Shown here: positions 1 through 7,788 of the stretch, one piece after another
Layout of the letters: every line of letters starts with the position of its first letter
Position numbering within the stretch: the first letter of the stretch is position 1
Virus record (IMG/VR): IMGVR_UViG_3300037714_000021
Coordinates: 1 to 46,577 of that record
DNA from: a virus
Taxonomy: Duplodnaviria > Caudoviricetes
DNA length: 46,577 nt
Direction: 5' to 3' (one strand)
Position numbers and translations under genes: made by a program
The notes under the pieces: model-generated
What the model was told of the DNA's origin: nothing
What the model saw: only the letters and a program-made list of their open reading frames with translations
The model's database searches: none

Positions 1-125
1 TAGCATTATGCAGTGGGTAATGGCTTAACGCTTAGCATTATGCAGTGGGTAATGGCTTAACGCTTAGCATTATGCAGTGGGTAATGGCTTAACGCTTAGC
101 ATTATGCAGTGGGTAATGGCTTAAC
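1..125. repeat. 32-bp tandem repeat, 3.9 perfect copies (TAGCATTATGCAGTGGGTAATGGCTTAACGCT)
   Basis: Identical units start at 1, 33, 65 and 97; each contains one copy of the 19-bp palindromic motif. Confidence 0.97.
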
Positions 126-246
126 CTGACGGCAGAACAGCCTAATTTAGCGTATTACCCAATGGGTACTGGCTTAGCTGCCTGGCTGTTAGGCTTAAAT
201 TAAGGCTGAATCGCTTAGTTTTTGCGTAATTTAGTTAAGAATTAAC

Positions 247-270
247 CCAATAGCAAAGCCAATAGCAAAG
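247..270. repeat. 12-bp tandem duplication CCAATAGCAAAG x2
   Basis: Read directly from the sequence. Confidence 0.85.
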
Positions 271-280
271 AAAATTGACG

Positions 281-293
281 TAAGTGCTTGATT
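281..293 (-). promoter_or_regulatory. Putative IHF binding site
   Basis: Minus strand AATCAAGCACTTA matches the consensus WATCAANNNNTTR exactly, in AT-rich context. Confidence 0.55.
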
Positions 294-1339
294 TCATTGG
301 TACTAGACAAATAGTAACGGCTGGACCCCCACTTGCACCTTTTAGGCATTACCCAATGGGTATTGGCTTAACTTAATAATTAACTAATTTGGCGCCTAAT
401 CCCAATACCCATTGGGTAATGGCCCTTGGGAGACCTATTCGAAAAATCCTTTACTATTCTAACTATTTAACTATTACTGCTCTAGCATGGTACTTCCAGC
501 GTAGTCTGGTTAAAAAATGAACAACTAAATCAGTCAATTTCTAACTATTTTAAGGAAAACGCACCATCCTGGTGCAGAATTAAGCTGATTTAAGCCATTA
601 TGCAGTGTGTAATGCCTTAGATTAAGCCGAATAAGCCTAGTGCTAAGCCATTACCCAGGGGGTAATACGCTAATTTAGCCCAATACCCCCTGGGTAATGT
701 GGTAGCTAAGCCATTATGCAGTGGGTAATGCCTAAATTAAGCGCTCCAGCTTAAATATAAGCTAACTCGGCAGACCTAAGCCCCACGCCGTTTAACGTAT
801 AGCGTGGTATTAGTCTGCAATCCTGACCTACCTGGCCACTAAGCGCTTAGGTCTAAGGGAATCCCCGCCGACCTAACCCGCATCGACACCCTAAACCCTA
901 CGCTACCGGGCTAACTCGCCTGGATAGCGCGCTGCTGTGTGCATGCTTAATAACTCAGCGCATAGTTACCTTGCTCGATTAGCGTAGGGGCGCGTTAAGC
1001 CTAGGGTTTAGTGGCTTGTTTGTGGGTTATTAGGGCTTGGGCTGGCTAGTGGCGGAGTGACTGTGCGGCTCGGTTGGGAGGGTCGTCGGAGCTAGGCGCT
1101 AAGGGACTAGGAGTCCCAGGGCTATGCGCGAGGGGGTTGGGGGGCGGCTCGTATACCCGGTATATCATCATCCCCTTCGCTCACAACTCAGACCCATAAT
1201 TACCTAGATTGATACAGTTTAGTACGCTACCCAGCCGTATCACCTAGCCAAAAAAATAAACAAGCCCCACCCCAAATTTATCCTAAAAATTTCCAAGCTA
1301 AAATTTCACGACCCTCCGAAATAAAATTAACTTAGCCCA

Positions 1340-1368
1340 TTGACACCCAACCCACAGCACCCTAACCT
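1340..1368 (+). promoter_or_regulatory. sigma70-type promoter
   Basis: TTGACA-17 bp-TAACCT with upstream A-tracts (UP-element-like). Confidence 0.75.
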
Positions 1369-1374
1369 GATCGC

Positions 1375-1686
1375 AACATCTCTCCGGGTGTTAGGGAGCA
1401 AGTCGCTTGGCGGTGGCCGACCTCCCCGACGGGACACAACGTCGTTAATCGAACGGTGCAAGCGGGTGAGACGCCCGCCTCGATTTAAAGCCGATTGGCC
1501 TCTGCCGCCCCACACCATCCGTGGTAGCGCCAAGCACAAATTGGTTGGCTGCATAGGCAACACGACTCGTCGCCGTAAGCGAACGATTGGTAGCCACGAG
1601 AAACTAAGTGGTGAGATCAACCAACGCCGTAGACCAGTGCCCGCATACGCGGTATCCCCCATCTCCAGCCCAAGGCAGGAGGTTGT
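1375..1686 (+). ncRNA. Candidate structured RNA or long structured 5' leader
   Basis: Lies between the promoter and the first RBS; many nested complementary segments found by eye (e.g. 1405-1412/1528-1535, 1447-1452/1480-1485, 1462-1467/1473-1478, 1541-1546/1619-1624); no credible ORF. Confidence 0.5.
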
Positions 1687-1887
1687 ATGCGAGTGGTACT
1701 ACTGGTAATTCTGTTGTCTGGTTGCGCAACGCAGCCCGATATGTACGACATGGCGTATAGCCAAGCCGAGTCCGACAAGGTGCTGCACAAGATGCACTAC
1801 TGCGCCAACAAAGCCCGGCAAGTCCCCGACCACCTCAAGAACATGGCGTACCAGCACTGCCTGGTGACACTCAACGCCACGATCTGA
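1687..1887 (+). CDS. Small lipoprotein (66 aa)
   Basis: AGGAGG RBS; signal peptide MRVVLLVILL followed by lipobox LSGC. Confidence 0.8.
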   Translation: MRVVLLVILLSGCATQPDMYDMAYSQAESDKVLHKMHYCANKARQVPDHLKNMAYQHCLVTLNATI

Positions 1888-2005
1888 CCCCCGCCGCAAT
1901 ACCCAAACGAACTACGAGTTTGCTGATGAACGGCAAATAGCGTACGTTTGGCGTCGCAGTACTGTGAAGTATTCCGCGAATGACACCCGGCGAGGAAGTA
2001 CAGAC

Positions 2006-3136
2006 ATGCCAACCACATGGCAGAAAGTTACAGACGACCAAGTGATCGAAGCGCTCAAGACGATGACGGTCAAGGCCGCCGCCGAGCACCTGGGTATACA
2101 CGAGCGGCGCATGTGGGCGAGGAAGGCCGCACTCGCCAAGAAGGGGTGGTCACCTGATCACGACATGACCCGCACCGTCCCCGACGGCTTCAAGGTCAAG
2201 GGCGTGTCGACGCTTTACAACAAGGACGGCATCCTTGCGGCTCAGTGGGTCAAGAGCACTGCCGACCACGAGCGTCAGTACCAGATGATGGTCGAGGCCG
2301 TCGCAGCGCTATCCGAAGACATCCCCCGTGTATCGCTGATGGCCTCGCCGGCGCCAGCGGGTTATACCCTCCTGAACGTCTACACCATCACCGACTACCA
2401 CTTCGGCATGCTCGCGTGGAAGCCAGAGACGGGTGATGACTGGGACACCGACATAGCCGAGCAGATGCTTGTCGATTGGTTCGCCGCGGCCATATCGCAA
2501 TCCCCGCACGCGCAATCATGCGTACTGGCGCAGCTCGGGGACTTCCTGCACTTCGATGGGTTGGAGAGCATAACGCCGACCAGTGGGCACAACCTCGATG
2601 CGGACACGCGGTTCACCCGGCTGGTGCGGGTTGTCATCCGAACGATCGCGAGAGTGATCGACATGCTGCTGTCGAAATACCAGAACGTCTACGTCCTGAT
2701 GGCCGAGGGGAACCACGACCTGGCCGCGTCGGTCTGGTTGCGAGAGCTGTTTGCGGCACGGTATGAACTCGAGCCGAGGATAACGGTCGAGACACGGCCG
2801 GATCCGTACTACTGCTACGAGCACGGCGACACTTCGATCTTCTGGCACCACGGTCACAAGCACAAGATGGTCGGACTTGACGCGGTCTTCGTGGCGAAGT
2901 TCCGCGAAGTGTTCGGTCGGACAAAACACTCGTACGCGCACACGGGGCACCTGCATCACCGAGACCTGAAAGAAACCAACCTGATGATCGTCGAGCAGCA
3001 CCGCACCCTTGCCGGGTCTGATGCCTACGCCAGCCGCGGCGGTTGGGTGAGTGGTCGCAGTTCTACCGTGATCACGTACCACAAGGAGTTCGGCGAGGTA
3101 GGTCGGATAACAATCAGCCCCGACATGCTCAAGTAA
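2006..3136 (+). CDS. Calcineurin-like metallophosphoesterase with N-terminal HTH-like region
   Basis: Motifs TDYHFG, LGDFLH, EGNHD, HHGH, GHLHH; N-terminal TVKAAAEHLGIHERRMW; start moved to ATG 2006 (GAGGA RBS). Confidence 0.85.
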   Translation: MPTTWQKVTDDQVIEALKTMTVKAAAEHLGIHERRMWARKAALAKKGWSPDHDMTRTVPDGFKVKGVSTLYNKDGILAAQWVKSTADHERQYQMMVEAVAALSEDIPRVSLMASPAPAGYTLLNVYTITDYHFGMLAWKPETGDDWDTDIAEQMLVDWFAAAISQSPHAQSCVLAQLGDFLHFDGLESITPTSGHNLDADTRFTRLVRVVIRTIARVIDMLLSKYQNVYVLMAEGNHDLAASVWLRELFAARYELEPRITVETRPDPYYCYEHGDTSIFWHHGHKHKMVGLDAVFVAKFREVFGRTKHSYAHTGHLHHRDLKETNLMIVEQHRTLAGSDAYASRGGWVSGRSSTVITYHKEFGEVGRITISPDMLK

Positions 3137-3164
3137 CCCCAAGGGCCGCACCCGCGGCTCTCCC

Positions 3165-3193
3165 TTGACCCCCCGCGGCAACTCCCATAAACT
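3165..3193 (+). promoter_or_regulatory. sigma70-type promoter
   Basis: TTGACC-17 bp-TAAACT in the intergenic gap. Confidence 0.6.
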
Positions 3194-3246
3194 CACGCGT
3201 GTACAGGGCACAACGCCCTCCGTAACCAGCAAGTGGGAGCTACCAC

Positions 3247-3852
3247 ATGACCGTCGAGAAATTCCGTCAGGCTGATACTGACGCCAACCGCACCCGCAAA
3301 TTCAACCTGCTCCGTGACGCGCTCGTCGGTGATGGTGCCGCAGGCGCAGCCGCATCGATCTCGGTGGCCGTAGCCGAGTCGTCCGCAGGCGCCATCAAAA
3401 CAGTGATGACGCTGGACAGTGTCGTCATCACCATGACCGATGCCACTACCGCGGGTAGCCACGGCTCGCTCAAGCTGTACGACTTCCCCGAGTGCAACCT
3501 CCTGTTCCTGGGCGGCACCTGTGACCTGGTGATCACCGCCGGTGAGGGTGGGATCACGGACACTGCCGCGGTTGTGGGCTCGGTCGGTACTGTTACCGTC
3601 GGCACTGACAACGCGACCCTGACAACCACCGAAGCCGACCTCATCCCATCGACGGCCAGCCCGTTGACCGATGGTGCCGGTGAGACCAAGGGTAAGACCG
3701 TGACCGCAGGTGTGGTCGTGTTCGATGGCACCGGTACCGCAAAGGACGCATGGCTTAACTACGCGGTGCCGGACGCAGACTCCACTGCCAACGACACGCT
3801 GATTGTCAGCGGCACCATCACCCTGGTGTGGGCGAACCTCGGCGACGTGTAA
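3247..3852 (+). CDS. Hypothetical protein, probable virion structural beta-rich protein
   Basis: GGGAG RBS; T/G/A/D-rich composition; lies next to the tail fibre. Confidence 0.7.
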   Translation: MTVEKFRQADTDANRTRKFNLLRDALVGDGAAGAAASISVAVAESSAGAIKTVMTLDSVVITMTDATTAGSHGSLKLYDFPECNLLFLGGTCDLVITAGEGGITDTAAVVGSVGTVTVGTDNATLTTTEADLIPSTASPLTDGAGETKGKTVTAGVVVFDGTGTAKDAWLNYAVPDADSTANDTLIVSGTITLVWANLGDV

Positions 3853-3929
3853 CACCCGACTCGGCGCCGTGACCTAACCCGTTGCGGCGCTGAGCATCCA
3901 TTCGATAGACCGCTTGCCAGGAGATCCCC

Positions 3930-6719
3930 ATGCTGGGCGACATCAATCCTCAGTCCATACAGATCGACCAGCAAGCGGTTGTCTACCCGGCACGCGACCA
4001 CGTCTCTGTCCTCACGATCAAACGGTTCGATGGCCGCCGATATCAGAGCGTCGACCTGACAGACCTCACCCGCGTAGTGCTCGCGTTCCCCGGCACTGAC
4101 CCGGTTATCGCCTACGACTCGGCTGTGACCGCCGGCGTTATCTCGTGGGCTGGCGGTGCGATCACGGTCGACCTGTCCGACTTCTCCATGCCGGCGTCCA
4201 TCCAGCCGTGCTACCTCATCGCATACGACGCAGAGCACCTGAGCGGCCAAGTGCTGGTCGACAACAATGACTCCGTACTGGCGTTCGACTTCCGTAACGT
4301 CAGCGCCACAGGGATCGCACAGCCCCCCGTGCTCGAGTTTATTACCGAGGCGCCAGCAGACGACAAGACTTACGGGCGCAAGAACGGCACGTGGGTAGAC
4401 ATCGACGCTGTGGTTGCCGGGGTGTCCAGCGTCAACGGTGAGACAGGCACGGTGGTGCTGGATGCGGCGGACGTAGGAGCAGAGGCGGTTGGTGCGGTTG
4501 CTGCCGGTATCGCGGCACACGTCGCCGATACTACTCCACACGAGACGCTGCTGAGTCTTGATCGGGTGGGGTTCAGCCTCACACCGACTGGGCCTGCGGG
4601 CGTTGGCGAGGTAGTGTGGAACGATACCGACATGACGCTGGACATCGGTCTGCCCGAAGGGGTAACGCTACAGGCAGGGCAGGAAGTTCAGATCCGAGGG
4701 TTGAATAACTCCGGGTCCACCATGCTGAACGGCTTCGCCGTGTATATCAGCGGGGCGTCCGGTAACAGGCTTGTATTCGATCTACCTACAGCAGCCGATG
4801 TAACTGCGGATAAGACCATCGCAGTTCTGACCCAAGACATCCTGAACAACCAGCAAGGACAGGCCACCGCGATAGGACTGGTGCGTGACCTGGACACTAG
4901 CGCGTTCGCAGAAGGCTCCGAGCTGTGGTTGTCGGCCACGGTGCCGGGCGGTCTTACAAACGTGAAACCACCAGCCCCAAGCAACTCCGTGCGTATCGGC
5001 TACGTAGTTCGGTCGCACGCCACGACCGGGACCGTTTTTGTCCGGGTGCAGATCGTAGAGTCTATAGGCGAGCTACACGATGTGGTGATAATCGCCCCGA
5101 GCGACGGCGACATCCTTGAGTACGACAGCGCCACGACCACATGGGTCAACGTACCGAATACGGGCGGCACAGGCGAAGCCAACACAGCATCGAACCTAGG
5201 TGGTGGGGTAGGGGTATTCGCCCAGAAGGTCGCTGAGGATCTGCAATTCAAAGGACTTATCGCCGGGACCAACATCACTCTGACCCCCAGCGGGACCGGG
5301 ATAACTATCGACGCGGCTGGCGGTGGGGGCGGCTCGGTCGACTCCGTGAACGGTGCCACCGGCGTCGTAGTGCTGGACACTGACGACATCGACGAGGGGG
5401 TCACCAACCTCTACTTCACCAATGGCAGGGCGTCCGCAGCGGCCCCTGTGCAGACTGTGGACGGTCAGACGGGCACCGTGAGCCTAACGGCCAGCTACGC
5501 ACCCCTGAGCCACGTAGGCGACACCGGGGCGGCACACGGGGACGTAGTAGCGGCAGGTGCGTCTGGGTTCATGACCGGAGCGGACAAGACCAAGCTCAAC
5601 GGCATCGCCACCGGCGCCAACCTGTACGTCCACCCGAACCACTCAGGCGACGTAACATCCGTTGCTGATGGTGCGCAGACGATCGCAGCCAACGCTGTGA
5701 CGAACGCGAAAGCTGCGGACATGGCGGTCAACACGATCAAGGGCCGTATCACCGCCGGCACCGGCGACCCAGAAGACCTCACCGCGGCGCAGGTCCGCAC
5801 GATAATCAACGTGGCTGACGGCGCCACAGCGAACAGTTCCGACGCTACGCTGCTGGCCCGCGCCAACCACACCGGCACCCAACTATCCTCGACGATAAGC
5901 GACTTCGACAGCGCGACACGTGCGCAGGTCGAGGCGGAGCTGGTCGCCGGTACGAACATCACCATCACGCCGAGCGGTACAGGCGCTACACGGCAACTCA
6001 CTATCGCGGCATCTGGGGGCGGCTCGCTCGCTGAAGTGCAGACGTTCACCGGCAACAAGACCCTAGCCCTGGCGGACATCAACACATACAACGTCAGCCA
6101 GGACGGCACCGCGCAGGAAGTCACGGTACCAGCACAGGCCACCGTAACCTGGACCGCAGACGCCGAGATCCACATCGAGCAAGGCGGCGCAGGGGTGGTG
6201 ACTGTCACTGGTGCTACCGGCGTGACAATCAACGGCGTGAGCGCTGGATCGTTCGACCTAGCCGGGCAGTTCTCCGCAGCGACGCTCAAGCGCGTAGGGT
6301 CGGATGCTTGGACGCTGATATTCGGCGCGTTTGCGTACAACCGAGAGAACATCCTAGGTACGGTATCGCAGACCGCAGGTGTTCCTACGGGGGCACTGAT
6401 AGAGAGCGGAAGCAATGCTAATGGGTTGTACGAGCGCTATGCCAGTGGGTTGCAGATTTGTTGGAATGCAGCTAAGTCGCATGCGCTAGCGTGCAATATC
6501 ACGGCGGGTAATATTTTTAGGTCCGACACTACAACCTGGACTTATCCTGCTACGTTCTCCAGCATTCCCAGTATTTCGGGCGACATGGACCAAACTACAA
6601 TATGGATAACGTCCGGCAGCGCTAGCACAACGACGACAACATTCAGATCGCTCAGCTATTCGACGAACTCGTCAACCACACTAACAGCGCACCTGTTGGC
6701 CGTTGGCCGCTGGTTCTAA
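3930..6719 (+). CDS. Tail fibre protein (929 aa, mosaic)
   Basis: Foldon-like EAPADDKTYGRKNGTWV; three V.SVNG.TG.V.L-type repeats; two AGTNIT.TPSGTG; C-terminal GSNANG..ERYASGLQICW...AVGRW tip domain. Confidence 0.9.
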   Translation: MLGDINPQSIQIDQQAVVYPARDHVSVLTIKRFDGRRYQSVDLTDLTRVVLAFPGTDPVIAYDSAVTAGVISWAGGAITVDLSDFSMPASIQPCYLIAYDAEHLSGQVLVDNNDSVLAFDFRNVSATGIAQPPVLEFITEAPADDKTYGRKNGTWVDIDAVVAGVSSVNGETGTVVLDAADVGAEAVGAVAAGIAAHVADTTPHETLLSLDRVGFSLTPTGPAGVGEVVWNDTDMTLDIGLPEGVTLQAGQEVQIRGLNNSGSTMLNGFAVYISGASGNRLVFDLPTAADVTADKTIAVLTQDILNNQQGQATAIGLVRDLDTSAFAEGSELWLSATVPGGLTNVKPPAPSNSVRIGYVVRSHATTGTVFVRVQIVESIGELHDVVIIAPSDGDILEYDSATTTWVNVPNTGGTGEANTASNLGGGVGVFAQKVAEDLQFKGLIAGTNITLTPSGTGITIDAAGGGGGSVDSVNGATGVVVLDTDDIDEGVTNLYFTNGRASAAAPVQTVDGQTGTVSLTASYAPLSHVGDTGAAHGDVVAAGASGFMTGADKTKLNGIATGANLYVHPNHSGDVTSVADGAQTIAANAVTNAKAADMAVNTIKGRITAGTGDPEDLTAAQVRTIINVADGATANSSDATLLARANHTGTQLSSTISDFDSATRAQVEAELVAGTNITITPSGTGATRQLTIAASGGGSLAEVQTFTGNKTLALADINTYNVSQDGTAQEVTVPAQATVTWTADAEIHIEQGGAGVVTVTGATGVTINGVSAGSFDLAGQFSAATLKRVGSDAWTLIFGAFAYNRENILGTVSQTAGVPTGALIESGSNANGLYERYASGLQICWNAAKSHALACNITAGNIFRSDTTTWTYPATFSSIPSISGDMDQTTIWITSGSASTTTTTFRSLSYSTNSSTTLTAHLLAVGRWF

Positions 6720-6728
6720 GGAGAAATC

Positions 6729-7019
6729 ATGCAAATCAAGCTATCCCCAGTCCGCAGCAGCGACACCCTATCGGTCTCCCGCACCAGCGACACACTGACC
6801 ATCAACGGGGGAGCATTCGACTTCTCCCAGCTACCCGAAGGCGCAACCCTCCCAGCCGAAGCCATAGGTTCCGATTATTTCGCCGGCCCAGTAGAGCGTA
6901 TCAACGGCGAGCTACACCTGACCCTACGCCTACCCCACGGCCCTAACCCAAGCCAGGCGGTAGCGTTCCCGCAACCAATCACCGTCACGCAAGACGGACC
7001 AGTGGAGCTGCCAGCATGA
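6729..7019 (+). CDS. Tail-fibre-associated protein (assembly chaperone-like)
   Basis: MQIKLSPVRS...FDFSQLPEGATLPAEAI...LTLRLPHG pattern typical of the gene after Pseudomonas phage fibres; AAGGAG RBS. Confidence 0.75.
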   Translation: MQIKLSPVRSSDTLSVSRTSDTLTINGGAFDFSQLPEGATLPAEAIGSDYFAGPVERINGELHLTLRLPHGPNPSQAVAFPQPITVTQDGPVELPA

Positions 7020-7363
7020 TCGACTGGGCCAAGGTAGAAACGGCAGAAGCCAAGGCCGAAAAGGCGCTGGCCGCACTGGAGTCGTCGTTGATCAAAACAC
7101 TCAACGACCACCTAGACGCAGTTGCTGGGCAGCGCAGGTACGACAGTCGGTTCACGTGCTCACTTCGCGCCGGATTCACCGGCCCGTTCCAGGCTGAGGG
7201 TATCGCGTTCGCCGCGTGGATGGACCAGTGCAACCTCGTTGGGTATACGATAATGGCTGAGGTCAAAGCCGCCACGCGCGCGGTGCCTACGCCAGAAGAA
7301 CTCATCGCGGCCATGCCGGTAATCGAGTGGCCACCGTCGCCCATACCGGAAGGTGCCGTATGA
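7016..7363 (+). CDS. Tail fibre assembly-associated protein
   Basis: HLDAVAGQRRYD...FQAEG.AF.AWMD...P..EELIA.MP.I.WP pattern; ATGA overlap with previous gene. Confidence 0.75.
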   Translation: MIDWAKVETAEAKAEKALAALESSLIKTLNDHLDAVAGQRRYDSRFTCSLRAGFTGPFQAEGIAFAAWMDQCNLVGYTIMAEVKAATRAVPTPEELIAAMPVIEWPPSPIPEGAV

Positions 7364-7788
7364 CAGTCAAGCTCGCGCTGTACAAGGGGCGAGGCGGCAT
7401 AGCCAACGCCGTTATCCGGTGGTGGACGGGCTCGATATACAGCCACTGCGAGGTGGTCGTCGACGGGCTGTGCTATTCATCCAGCGTCATGGACAAAGGC
7501 GTGCGCCGCAAGCAGATCGATCTGGCCGACGGTAAGTGGGATCTGGTCGATCTGCCATGGGCTGACCGAGACATGATCGTCGAATACTTCCAAGAGACCG
7601 GCCACCATGCCTATGGGTGGCTGGGGCTGATTACCGCACAGTTGTTCAACCGCAACCAAGGCGTATCAGGCACGCAGTTCTGCAGCCAATGGTGCGCGGC
7701 GGCTATTGGCCTACCCAACACGGCCAGCTACAGCCCCGGCAGCCTCGGGCGCACATGCGCTTGGGCCAACGCGACGGTGGCCTCATGA
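7360..7788 (+). CDS. Permuted papain-like (NlpC/P60, YiiX-like) enzyme
   Basis: YSHCEVV His precedes FCSQW Cys, the circularly permuted order; ATGA overlaps at both ends. Confidence 0.7.
   Translation: MTVKLALYKGRGGIANAVIRWWTGSIYSHCEVVVDGLCYSSSVMDKGVRRKQIDLADGKWDLVDLPWADRDMIVEYFQETGHHAYGWLGLITAQLFNRNQGVSGTQFCSQWCAAAIGLPNTASYSPGSLGRTCAWANATVAS

Larger units (their letters stand above)
4..730. repeat. Dispersed array of 11 palindromic 19-bp sites, consensus CATTACCCA-N-TGGGTAATG
   Basis: Copies at 4, 36, 68, 100, 153, 347, 403, 596, 649, 681, 712; 347-365 and 403-421 are exact reverse complements; 142-178 matches the reverse complement of 642-678 at 33/37. Confidence 0.93.

Noticed and set aside
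1-730. CRISPR array
   Set aside because: Tandem units have identical intervening sequence, spacing is irregular (31-194 bp), repeat orientation is mixed, and there is no cas operon
889-1011. Plant-telomere-like CCCTAAA/TTTAGGG words
   Set aside because: Fewer than two full units; better explained as a local inverted repeat
1327-1708. ORFs 1340..1708 (+) and 1327..1662 (-)
   Set aside because: The + ORF starts on the promoter -35 TTG with no RBS; both have R/P-rich, non-protein-like composition
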